This document shows positions 29,362-38,495 of a stretch of DNA of 64,000 bases, piece by piece. The DNA is taken from the IMG/VR virus record IMGVR_UViG_3300034117_002447, positions 186,001 to 250,000 of that record; one strand, written 5' to 3'. Made by a program: the position numbers and the translations under genes. The notes under the pieces are model-generated. The model saw nothing but the letters and a program-made list of their open reading frames with translations, was not told the DNA's origin and made no database searches. How positions within the stretch are numbered: position 1 is the stretch's first letter; each line of letters opens with the position of its first letter.

Positions 29362-31788
29362 TTATCCTCTAATGGTAGTAGTTGTAGTTAGATATTCAGT
29401 TACGTTAACTTCATACAGACACTCATCTAATATGATTTTCCACTTACCAATTGGGTCGATTGTAAATATACCTTCGATTATAGTATCAGATCCGTCGATT
29501 GTTACAGTATACATACCTTCTGAAATAGGCGCGTTTATATTATCAAATATTTGAATTACTGAATACTCAGTTGTTGATAAAACAAACGATATAGTCTTAG
29601 CCTCACGGTCTTGATAATACTCAATTGATACAGATGGGCATCCAATTGTAGTAGTAGTGGTAGTTGATGGAGCAAGCGTAGTGGTTGTGGTCGTTGCCGC
29701 TAGCGTTGTAGTCGTAGTAGTAATTCCGCTATACAGTCCGCAATCTATCACAGTTAAAGTTTGAGCACCTGCATCAAATTCATAACAGAATGTACATGTC
29801 GAGTTAATTGTTACTTTGAGAGGTCCATCGATTAGCGCTAAATTTTCAGCCGGAATTCTAGTTGTACCTGTGTAAATAATATCGGCAAATTGCTGGATCG
29901 TATAAAGTAATCCTCCAGGCCCAGTAACTTGAAAAGTATATTGACTTTCGCCAGTCTGGGATGGAGTAACTGTGAATTCGCTACATGGATCAATCGTCGT
30001 CGTTGTAGTAGTCGGAGCAATCGTCGTTGTAGTAGTCGGAGCGATTGTTGTAGTGGTAGTCGGCTCAATTGTCGTAGTAGTAGTCGGCTCAATTGTCGTA
30101 GTAGTAGTCGGAGCGATTGTTGTAGTGGTAGTCGGTGCAATCGTCGTAGTAGTCGGCGCAATTGTCGTCGTAGTGGTTGGAGCAGCGGTGGTAGTTGTTG
30201 TGGTAACTGCACCAAACTCAACGTTAACTACGTATTGGCAGCCTGCCGCATTGGTAAACGTGTACGTACCATATACGGTATTAATATTTGAAGATAAGTA
30301 CTCAGAATCAGTTCTGTTAAATATCCATGAAAGACTTATGTTAACTCCATGCAATTCAGTCAGATTGTAGGTAGGTCCACCTGCTGACGCAAAGACTACT
30401 GAATACGGACCAGTTGGAGTTCCTATAAATGATATGACTGTTGCATTTAAGTTTTCAGCAACTGAGTAATTAATTGAGCCTGGAGCACAAGTCGTTGTTG
30501 TACTTGTTGGTGCGATCGTAGTAGTCAAGGTAGGCGAAACCGTTGTAGTTGTTGTAGTTGGAGTAGCCTGAAAAGGAATAGCGTAAAAAGGACTAAATGA
30601 GGTTACTTGCGCCCATATTTTTCTAGTTGCATAGTCAGGAGCATACGGTCCAGTTAAGACAGTTTCATCAACATAGACTCCATTTACATTATGGAATATT
30701 CGAACTGTGTCAAATACCGGCTCAGTCATTGCTTGAGGTAGAGTAAATTCAAGAAGAGCTCCAATAGTTAATGGAGTTGAAATATCAAATGCCATTGCTG
30801 CATTATTTAAGTAATAACCTGCCGGTAAAATACCAGATGGAGATAGAGTCGGCGCTGGTACAGAACATACTGTGATTGGCGCAGATTCTGTAGCGTTTGT
30901 ATCTAACACAACCGATACTCCAACCTGTGGGTGATTCGTTGAACTTTGACCAGCTTGCACAATTTCGGTCGTACATAAAACGCCAGCTGCTCCGCAATAA
31001 GGATCAGCTGATGTGTAAATTAGAGTTACAAAATCGCCACCGTCTAGTCCATATCCAGCAACAGAAGTGTTCCAATAAAGTTCATCAGTTGAATCAACTG
31101 CCCCGTAATTACTTGCAGTAGTCCCATTGTCTTTACTAAAGTACGCTGGCGCTACTTTGGTGCCATCTCCTATGATTATTTGTTGGCCGTTAATGAACAA
31201 TAAGTACTCACTAGTCGTGATCGGCGCGGGCATCGGAAGTAATCCTGGTGAAACTAAAGCAGAGTCTCCAGTAATTACATTTGGCGTTACCGATCTGGTT
31301 ACAGCCGCTCTACAAGAACCTGCACCGCCTCCGCTGAGTAGCGTCCAGCCAGTTGATACTAAATATCCATAAAATCCTTCAATTCGGCCGCCCTGTTGAG
31401 TAATGTAGATTACTTCTCCTGGAACTCCAGTTGGCGGAATTGCTCCGTATACTTTAAGTCGAAGCCTTTTACCTTCAACTACATCTTCCATTACCGCATT
31501 TTTACCGGTGATTGCGCCAGTTGGGTAGAGTTTTATTACTTCAGGATACGACCCATTTTGTTGCTGTGCACCGTATACAGTTAGACCTTGCCTAACGATG
31601 ATTGTGTTTGCTGAAATTCCTTCAATGTCAACTGAAACTCCACCAGTTTGATCGAAGTTAACGGCTGATAGAAACTCAGTTATTGCTGACTTTATTGTGC
31701 TAAAATTAAAATTAGCCAAATCAACAACGCTAGTTAAGCTAGCACCGTTAATTGATTTTACACTTGAAATTTTTAATTGAATTGACAT
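29362..31788 (-). CDS. Mucin-like virion protein with poly-Thr/Pro stalks separating globular domains
   Basis: (I[AE]PTTTTT)n and further T5-T6 tracts; globular segment ending WAQVTSFSPF; N-terminal ANFNF motif. Confidence 0.7.
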   Translation of the reverse strand: MSIQLKISSVKSINGASLTSVVDLANFNFSTIKSAITEFLSAVNFDQTGGVSVDIEGISANTIIVRQGLTVYGAQQQNGSYPEVIKLYPTGAITGKNAVMEDVVEGKRLRLKVYGAIPPTGVPGEVIYITQQGGRIEGFYGYLVSTGWTLLSGGGAGSCRAAVTRSVTPNVITGDSALVSPGLLPMPAPITTSEYLLFINGQQIIIGDGTKVAPAYFSKDNGTTASNYGAVDSTDELYWNTSVAGYGLDGGDFVTLIYTSADPYCGAAGVLCTTEIVQAGQSSTNHPQVGVSVVLDTNATESAPITVCSVPAPTLSPSGILPAGYYLNNAAMAFDISTPLTIGALLEFTLPQAMTEPVFDTVRIFHNVNGVYVDETVLTGPYAPDYATRKIWAQVTSFSPFYAIPFQATPTTTTTTVSPTLTTTIAPTSTTTTCAPGSINYSVAENLNATVISFIGTPTGPYSVVFASAGGPTYNLTELHGVNISLSWIFNRTDSEYLSSNINTVYGTYTFTNAAGCQYVVNVEFGAVTTTTTTAAPTTTTTIAPTTTTIAPTTTTTIAPTTTTTIEPTTTTTIEPTTTTTIAPTTTTTIAPTTTTTTIDPCSEFTVTPSQTGESQYTFQVTGPGGLLYTIQQFADIIYTGTTRIPAENLALIDGPLKVTINSTCTFCYEFDAGAQTLTVIDCGLYSGITTTTTTLAATTTTTTLAPSTTTTTTIGCPSVSIEYYQDREAKTISFVLSTTEYSVIQIFDNINAPISEGMYTVTIDGSDTIIEGIFTIDPIGKWKIILDECLYEVNVTEYLTTTTTIRG
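29994..30207 (-). repeat. Thr-rich tandem repeat (about 8 x I[AE]PTTTT(T))
   Basis: Direct ~24-nt repeats visible in the DNA, and the translation. Confidence 0.85.
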
Positions 31789-31815
31789 CGTTATTTAAAG
31801 TATCTAACTTTTTAG

Positions 31816-31824
31816 TTATTTATT
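31816..31824 (-). promoter_or_regulatory. Putative late promoter AATAAATAA
   Basis: Intergenic, 27 nt upstream of the 31788 start. Confidence 0.55.
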
Positions 31825-31842
31825 AACTTGAAAGAAGAATCG

Positions 31843-33195
31843 TTATTTTATTGGATTTTTACTGCCTTTTGCTGTACCTGAAAGAACTTCTGTTTTACTA
31901 TCAACTTCTGCATCTAGTGCAATAATACCTGATCTAACGATACACTCATTTAGATTAGCATAGATGACACTTTCTGGAGAACTTTTGATATAACTAAGGT
32001 CTATTCGATTAACGCTACCTTTTTCAAACATACACTCGTCTAGGTGACAGTATCGGATATCGTTTCCGGTTAGGATTCGACATTCGGTTATATGTGATGA
32101 TCTTACTTTGCAGCCATAAAGCATACAGTCTGTAATCTCTGCCTCAATTGAGCAATTTATCAAGTCAAGCCCTTTAATTCCAAATCCTTCCTTTAACGAA
32201 GAATCTTTTAATTGAACTCTCTCCGTATCAGTATCATAGTTAATAGAACCTTTAGTCATTTGGCCAAAAGTAATTAAGTCAAATAGGCTATCTCTAACCT
32301 TTAGGTAATTTGCTTCAAGAATACGAGGGTCATCTTTTAAGTCAACGTAAAGATCGATATTTGGAAAATTCTTAGTGAAATTTTCGTATGACTTTAGAGC
32401 AAGAGTGTTATCTCTTTGTTTTTTCAAAACATCGTGAACTTTTTTCTGTTCATCAATTGAGTATTGGTAATTAGATTGAAGCGTGTTGTACAGAGACTCG
32501 GCTATGTAGTTAACTAAGTTAGTTGCACTAGATCTCTTATTTTGATAGTCGGCTCCACCTGCGTATCTAACTTCAACGTAACCGTCTTTTAACTTATCGA
32601 AATTAATTCCAAAGTATTTAGATTGAGGGTAATTAAATTCAAGTGGACTGCTGGGTTTTGAATAGGCGATTGACGTCTCAGCTAGGAACTTATTTTTAGG
32701 GTAAATATTTGTTACTGGATTCTTGTAAATCTTTTGAATTCTAGATTTAGCAGAAGGCCACATGTCAAAGATTTTCTCCTCATTTAGTCCAAGAATGTAC
32801 TTAAAAACATTTAGATTCTGAAGACGCTCTCTTAAACCAAGATCAAATTCATTTAGTGACATATTAATATGCAGTCCAGTACGTTCGGTCGTGAATCCAT
32901 TTTCATCGATAAAATTCATAACTTTATACATAACGTGAATTGCTTCATTATATGGCATTACTCCAGTAATAAGCTCATTCATTTTAAATCCGCCTGAAAA
33001 ATCTGGCTCTAATTTGAATTCTGAGTAACTTACGGCAATATCTGAATTGTATTCGTTTGTGCTGATTACTTTTTTGCCAAGTAATACTTCCAATTTTTCA
33101 GCAAGCTCAGCCCTACCGATTGGAGAAAAGAATTCAAATTCGAATCCAATATTTACGTTGTCAAAAAGACGTTGTTGATTTAGATCTTTATACAT
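31843..33195 (-). CDS. Putative amidoligase (COOH-NH2 ligase type 2) with a C-terminal pentapeptide-like repeat tail
   Basis: GFEFEF, KLEPDFSG..NELIT, RTGLHINMS, KYFGIN and YVEVRY motifs; C-terminal (I/L)xxCxI periodicity. Confidence 0.7.
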   Translation of the reverse strand: MYKDLNQQRLFDNVNIGFEFEFFSPIGRAELAEKLEVLLGKKVISTNEYNSDIAVSYSEFKLEPDFSGGFKMNELITGVMPYNEAIHVMYKVMNFIDENGFTTERTGLHINMSLNEFDLGLRERLQNLNVFKYILGLNEEKIFDMWPSAKSRIQKIYKNPVTNIYPKNKFLAETSIAYSKPSSPLEFNYPQSKYFGINFDKLKDGYVEVRYAGGADYQNKRSSATNLVNYIAESLYNTLQSNYQYSIDEQKKVHDVLKKQRDNTLALKSYENFTKNFPNIDLYVDLKDDPRILEANYLKVRDSLFDLITFGQMTKGSINYDTDTERVQLKDSSLKEGFGIKGLDLINCSIEAEITDCMLYGCKVRSSHITECRILTGNDIRYCHLDECMFEKGSVNRIDLSYIKSSPESVIYANLNECIVRSGIIALDAEVDSKTEVLSGTAKGSKNPIK

Positions 33196-33200
33196 AATTG

Positions 33201-35273
33201 TTATTTGTTTATTGCAATGAATGGTACATTTAGTCGAGGTCGAGCATTATCAATTATAGCTAGAGTAGATTCGTCTCTAACGAATAGCTGACTCACTATA
33301 AATTCGTGATCCTCTGACTGAACCATTGTATTAAATAGTCTAACATTTGCAATTGAATAATTAGCAGAAGGTAGAGCCCAATTTTGAGTAGTTACAAAGC
33401 TAAATGTTCCAGGTTTAGCTGAGCCGTTAAATACTAAGTCAAGTCGATTGTAGTTTTTAATATTCGCTGGGTCCTGATTAAATTCATATACGTTAACTTC
33501 AAGCTGGCCGTATTGAGCGGATACTGGAACGATTATTGAATACCATTCATCGTATAACAATTCGCCAACAGTAAATGAGTATTGACTGCTATTAATTCTT
33601 ACGTGAATCGTTACGCTAGGTAATCCAGAAACGTCAGTTATTCCACAGGAGATGACTAAGCCTTTACTATTGATGTTATCATATCCATCAAATATTCGGA
33701 TGGTCTGTGATCCTGCATTGAATTTAACTAGCGCGCTAAATGTCATATTTGGAGTAACTTCAGTTGAGGCAACTGCTTTATAGACAACTGCATGCTCGGA
33801 TTGCTTGAATTGAAATTTGCCAACAAAACTTTGGGTTAAATCTTGAAATCTAGAGGTTAGGCTCAGGTCTCGATAACCTTCAACTACCACATATTTGCCT
33901 AAGTGATCAAGGAAAGAATCTTTGGGCCCATTCATTTTAACTGAGACTAATTTACCAGTAGAATCTAGGTAACTGTCTCCAGTATTTAATTGGTTATTCA
34001 GCCATGCACTGTAAATTGAACTGCTTTCGTATGCCCAAATTTCGTAAGGTTTTGCAGTAGTTTTTAGGTACTGATCTTCCTTTGTGTTTGAGGTAGTAGT
34101 TATGTAATTTTGCAAGACTGGTTTAACTGCACTCATATCGTAATAGTACTCGATTAATGGAGCATAGTTAAAAGTTTTATCCAAAATTTTATTATCAAGA
34201 TCTGGGTGTAGTGATCTACGAGTCTCATCGAATTTGTGCGAAATCGTTTTAAACTGTTGTTTATCCAGAGCATCATTTGTCTGAACTTCAGCTTGTACAC
34301 CGAATAGTTCATCGCTTGTCATAATAATATTGTCAAGGAATATTCGATCAGGCTCTTTCATTAGCATATCGATATTTGGATGAAATTTAGTTAATTGAAT
34401 TTTCCAGTAAAGAGGCTCCATCATGAATCCTCTAAACAGATAAGATCCTTGAATTTCGTACATTCGATTGGTTAATGGAAAGTACATGTAATCTCTTTTA
34501 CGAGGTTGTGTGTTTGGTCCAAAAATAGACTGAAAGTAGATATTATCGATATGAATCTCAAATGGTATTTCAAAATCTACACCAAACTCAGTAAAGTTAG
34601 GTTTATTATCTGGGAATACATTATTTGGAACTACTACTTTAACACATTTTCGATCCAGTGTTTTAAATAGAGTCCACTCTTTAAATATAAAATCTCCGCC
34701 ATCTCTATCCGGCTCAGTTTTAAAGTAAACTACTTCATGGCCAAACAATTTATTTGTTTGTAGGCTCAATTCCTTAGAGATTCCGATCGCACTTCCAACT
34801 TCATAAGGTTTAAATGAAGCTTCTCTCTCAGCGATTAGAGCTGGACAGCGTTCAGCTGAACAGTAAACGGTCGGTGTGTATAGAGTTACATCAATGTGAG
34901 TGCTTTGAACTCTAAATTTAATATTGTTAACGATTAATGGAGAGGTAAGCGCATCGTAATTAATTCCGTTATCGTATTCGTACTTGACCTCAAAGAAGAC
35001 GTCGCTATTTGCAAAGTCTAGCACGTTAATTTCAGAAAGATCGTCTGGGCTAAAGGAATACCAAAGTGACCAGTTTCCACGGTTTAACGAATATCTAAAT
35101 TTACGATTAATATTAGTAGAGACCGCTGTTCCAAGCTCAAGCGATTCATCGAATCCCACGATTTTCACAGCCCCAGGTAAAGGTTCGCCAGTAGAAAATA
35201 TTCTATAATTTTTACTGTACGCAACCGAGTTCTTATCAGGTTCCGGAATTATCTTGTAGGTGACTACTTGCAT
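33201..35273 (-). CDS. Neck/head-completion protein, T4 gp14-like, with N-terminal extension and C-terminal LamG-like domain
   Basis: LFGHEVVYF...DFIFKE...FGVDF...PRKRDYMYFPLTNRMYEI matches the gp14 pattern; C-terminal WYSIIV...IANVRLFN is LamG-like. Confidence 0.65.
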   Translation of the reverse strand: MQVVTYKIIPEPDKNSVAYSKNYRIFSTGEPLPGAVKIVGFDESLELGTAVSTNINRKFRYSLNRGNWSLWYSFSPDDLSEINVLDFANSDVFFEVKYEYDNGINYDALTSPLIVNNIKFRVQSTHIDVTLYTPTVYCSAERCPALIAEREASFKPYEVGSAIGISKELSLQTNKLFGHEVVYFKTEPDRDGGDFIFKEWTLFKTLDRKCVKVVVPNNVFPDNKPNFTEFGVDFEIPFEIHIDNIYFQSIFGPNTQPRKRDYMYFPLTNRMYEIQGSYLFRGFMMEPLYWKIQLTKFHPNIDMLMKEPDRIFLDNIIMTSDELFGVQAEVQTNDALDKQQFKTISHKFDETRRSLHPDLDNKILDKTFNYAPLIEYYYDMSAVKPVLQNYITTTSNTKEDQYLKTTAKPYEIWAYESSSIYSAWLNNQLNTGDSYLDSTGKLVSVKMNGPKDSFLDHLGKYVVVEGYRDLSLTSRFQDLTQSFVGKFQFKQSEHAVVYKAVASTEVTPNMTFSALVKFNAGSQTIRIFDGYDNINSKGLVISCGITDVSGLPSVTIHVRINSSQYSFTVGELLYDEWYSIIVPVSAQYGQLEVNVYEFNQDPANIKNYNRLDLVFNGSAKPGTFSFVTTQNWALPSANYSIANVRLFNTMVQSEDHEFIVSQLFVRDESTLAIIDNARPRLNVPFIAINK

Positions 35274-35289
35274 TAATTTTGTCTTTTTG

Positions 35290-35298
35290 TTATTTATC
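35290..35298 (-). promoter_or_regulatory. Putative late promoter GATAAATAA
   Basis: 16 nt upstream of the gp14-like start; divergent pair with 35324-35332. Confidence 0.55.
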
Positions 35299-35323
35299 GC
35301 AGAGTATTACGGTTTTAGACTAA

Positions 35324-35332
35324 AATAAATAA
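35324..35332 (+). promoter_or_regulatory. Putative late promoter AATAAATAA
   Basis: 20 nt upstream of the 35353 start. Confidence 0.5.
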
Positions 35333-35352
35333 TAAGAAAATCGGGGTTACAC

Positions 35353-36144
35353 ATGAAGCCTTTGAACCCGAAGCTTGTCCTAGACCCTATGTGGCTATGC
35401 CAAGCGAATTTTGTCGATCTGGAATACTACACGTACATTCTAATGGACGCAAAACAAAAGTATCTCAATCAGCTTGAGACTGATTTCTCTAACTTTTACG
35501 AAATTGCATTTCACTACCTAAATATCAATACTATTATAGCTGATAAGAAGGTCTACGATTCACATTTAAACGCAGTTAGGGCACATCAAAACTTAATGGT
35601 TATAGTATCTCAATTGGCCCAATCGAATGACTCTAATGGTAAGGAAATCGTTCGAATGGCGTCAGCTATTCTATCTGAGGTAATGACGGTTTACTTAAGA
35701 AAACAGATTCCTGTATTGGAGCACCTAAACTTTCATTTGACTAATACTGCTCTACATAAACAGGCTGTGATCTATATTGTATGTAAATCAGAAAAGCTTG
35801 ACCGGTACGAGATTTTTAAACTAAATACTAAAAGCAATAGACCGTTAGGCTACTCAATTAGCCGAAAGGCTGTATTGCATCTTCCGGGATTAAAGAATAA
35901 TGAGTTCAAGGATAGGCTTCTGGTTGAGATGCCGACTCTCACTGATTTTCAACCGGATAAAAACGTTATTGTTGTATCTGGCACGGACCAAGTTGTAATA
36001 TCGGATGGAATTTGTCTGACTAAGGACATTATTTTACTAAATAAGATAATGAACCTTAGCCATGGATTTGATGCTAATGTATTACTGGACTATGAACGTA
36101 TGCTTGATAAAAAGAAAGCTATTCCGTTTAAGCTTAAGGTTTAA
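35353..36144 (+). CDS. Hypothetical protein
   Basis: 263-aa ORF with no recognisable motif. Confidence 0.65.
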   Translation: MKPLNPKLVLDPMWLCQANFVDLEYYTYILMDAKQKYLNQLETDFSNFYEIAFHYLNINTIIADKKVYDSHLNAVRAHQNLMVIVSQLAQSNDSNGKEIVRMASAILSEVMTVYLRKQIPVLEHLNFHLTNTALHKQAVIYIVCKSEKLDRYEIFKLNTKSNRPLGYSISRKAVLHLPGLKNNEFKDRLLVEMPTLTDFQPDKNVIVVSGTDQVVISDGICLTKDIILLNKIMNLSHGFDANVLLDYERMLDKKKAIPFKLKV

Positions 36145-38495
36145 GCGGTCGCGTCATACGATCCAGAGATTCGAATAGTTACGTTACCTCCATATTCTCC
36201 GTTTGAGGTGTTTAGCGGAGCGCGAGCAGCTCGGTTAAATAGCGAAAATTGGCTTAGTCGATTAGTAACAGTTGAGCCTTCATTTGCTGGAAAAGCGTGT
36301 TGTGACTGCAGATAAATCCATCCTCTCGCGGCATCACCATTAGAAATAAGGCTTCCTAAATAATTAGAGTATGTTTGTATATACGAGATTCCAGTATAGT
36401 CAGGCTGAGGATCCGGTAAAGTAGTTATATCAGTAACGGTCACTTGTGCATTTAGATGACCGTGTGCACTTGCTGAAAATGGTAATGAAAGCCCTAACCC
36501 AGTGTATGTATAGTAGCCTGAACCTGATGTCATGTCGTCAGCTGGCCAAGAGTTGAGGTCTAGTGTATAAATTGAATTAAAATGAACGCGTCTACCTATT
36601 TTAGTGTATGTGAATGACTGAGACAGCTGAAAGCCTGAAAATGAGTTAGCCGTCGCGTATGAATGATAATTGGTTGGAAGTATGAGTTTACCACCACTAA
36701 GAGTTTCATATCGTCCTAAGAATAGAGCATTAGTAACGGTACCCTCCTCGTAATCATCTAGCGTATTTGCATCCGCTGATGGAATTTGTGTAGCTGGAAA
36801 AGGGATTCCTTGATTAAGACGATCACCTTTGATCTTAATTGCATTATTAAGACGTAGCTCTTTAGTGGCGTCTACTGTTAATATTGCTAAGTCTGTAACC
36901 GGCGCCGCAATCGTAAATGAGTTGCCGCTAGTAGGAACGCCAGTTATTCCAGTACCTCCGTATGTAGTAACTGCGCCGGTTGAGCTAATGACTTGAATGG
37001 GGTTTCTAAACTCAAATACTGAACTGGTACTCCCTATTTTAAAGGTAATATTATTGTTGGCTGAGTTAAAACCTGCTCCCCAATAGGCAGCAGCTGATCC
37101 GCCACCAAAACTTGCGTTTCTCTTAAAAAATAATCCATCGATTGAAATTGTACTGGCTGACTCAGTGTCCGTTAAGATTCGATAGTTCGTAAACTTCATT
37201 TCAATTGAACGACCGTCAGCTTGAAGAGCCTCAGCTCGGTTAATTTTCCAAATTTGCTCACTACTTCTTCTTGGAGCAAATGACTCAGGCGAAGCAGTTA
37301 TTCCGCTCGAAGATAAGTCGTATTCCGCTCTTAGAAAATAGGTTCCAGGATTAGCTTCATTACCAAAAGAAGTTCCGTACGATAATCGATATTTACGCAT
37401 TCGTAGATTTTCAAAACTTGGACTAATTACGTAAGATTCGCCAGCTGAGCCTGAAGTATATGAAGTGGAAAGGGCATCAATTGATCCTAATTCTAATTGA
37501 TGTCGGTATCCTTTACTTGTTGTTGCAAATTCCTTAGCCTCAGTTGCGGTTCCATTAAAATAAGAGTATAATGATAGGTTTGAAGTAGCTGGAAACATCT
37601 TCTCAGTAGAAGAAGGGTACGTTATTAATTTATGCGGAGAGGTTCCTGAACCAGTAGAAGTTAAATTTATTGGATTTGTGTTAGTAACATCAGCGGCAGT
37701 TTCACATAATTGAATAACTGTATCGCTAATCTTAAGAACAAAATATCCATTGAAATTAGAAAGTCCGCCTATTGCAGTTCCACCTTCCGCTGAGTATGTA
37801 ACAAATTGGCCATCCACTAATCCGTGATTTGACGTAAATGTAATTTCTTCAGTTGACGTATTAACCGCGGTTGCTGGAGCAAAGGTCTTAGCGGTTGACG
37901 AGTTTGCACTAATTACGATATTTGATCCATCGAATATTACAGATTTAGAGTTTAACTCATTAAAGTTATAAAGAACAGTTTGATAGTTAACTCCTGCTCC
38001 AGGAGTTGCATAACTTGGATCAGTTGATGTTGCACTATTTGTTAAATCAGACCCAGACGATACTCTAGCTTTCAGTATTCTAGAGGTAGGAGTTAATCTT
38101 ACAAATGGCGAAATATTTGAACTTAGGGCAGTTTGTACAAGAGTATTAAAATTCGCTAATTCTAACCAACCGTTTCCACCGGATACTTTCTTTAATATAG
38201 TGTCGGCTGTTATTAAAATATCGCCCAAAACCATAGCAGACGGATAGGATCCGCCAGTCGGTGCAGTTACTGGTGCAATCGCAGCAGATAACCCATAAGT
38301 TACTGAGCCCTGCGGTCCAGTAAGTCCAATTGGCCCAATTGGACCGGCTGCTCCAGTTAAACCAGCAGGTCCAGTAGGACCAGTTTGGCCAATCCCTAAT
38401 GCGATTAGCTGGTTAAAGTTGAAATTTAATTTACTAGATAAGTCAGATTGACTATCAAGTGCGGATACTTCCCTTAGATTTATAATGACTGCCAT
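36141..38495 (-). CDS. Tail fibre-like protein
   Basis: N-terminal KLNFNFNQL anchor, short GPT collagen, an NHGLVDGQFVTY module and the ADANTLDDYEEGT tail-fibre motif. Confidence 0.7.
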   Translation of the reverse strand: MAVIINLREVSALDSQSDLSSKLNFNFNQLIALGIGQTGPTGPAGLTGAAGPIGPIGLTGPQGSVTYGLSAAIAPVTAPTGGSYPSAMVLGDILITADTILKKVSGGNGWLELANFNTLVQTALSSNISPFVRLTPTSRILKARVSSGSDLTNSATSTDPSYATPGAGVNYQTVLYNFNELNSKSVIFDGSNIVISANSSTAKTFAPATAVNTSTEEITFTSNHGLVDGQFVTYSAEGGTAIGGLSNFNGYFVLKISDTVIQLCETAADVTNTNPINLTSTGSGTSPHKLITYPSSTEKMFPATSNLSLYSYFNGTATEAKEFATTSKGYRHQLELGSIDALSTSYTSGSAGESYVISPSFENLRMRKYRLSYGTSFGNEANPGTYFLRAEYDLSSSGITASPESFAPRRSSEQIWKINRAEALQADGRSIEMKFTNYRILTDTESASTISIDGLFFKRNASFGGGSAAAYWGAGFNSANNNITFKIGSTSSVFEFRNPIQVISSTGAVTTYGGTGITGVPTSGNSFTIAAPVTDLAILTVDATKELRLNNAIKIKGDRLNQGIPFPATQIPSADANTLDDYEEGTVTNALFLGRYETLSGGKLILPTNYHSYATANSFSGFQLSQSFTYTKIGRRVHFNSIYTLDLNSWPADDMTSGSGYYTYTGLGLSLPFSASAHGHLNAQVTVTDITTLPDPQPDYTGISYIQTYSNYLGSLISNGDAARGWIYLQSQHAFPANEGSTVTNRLSQFSLFNRAARAPLNTSNGEYGGNVTIRISGSYDATA

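Noticed and set aside
29838-30370. Poly-Val and Arg/Ser ORFs overlapping the Thr repeats
   Set aside because: Antisense or alternative-frame shadows of the ACN-rich tract.
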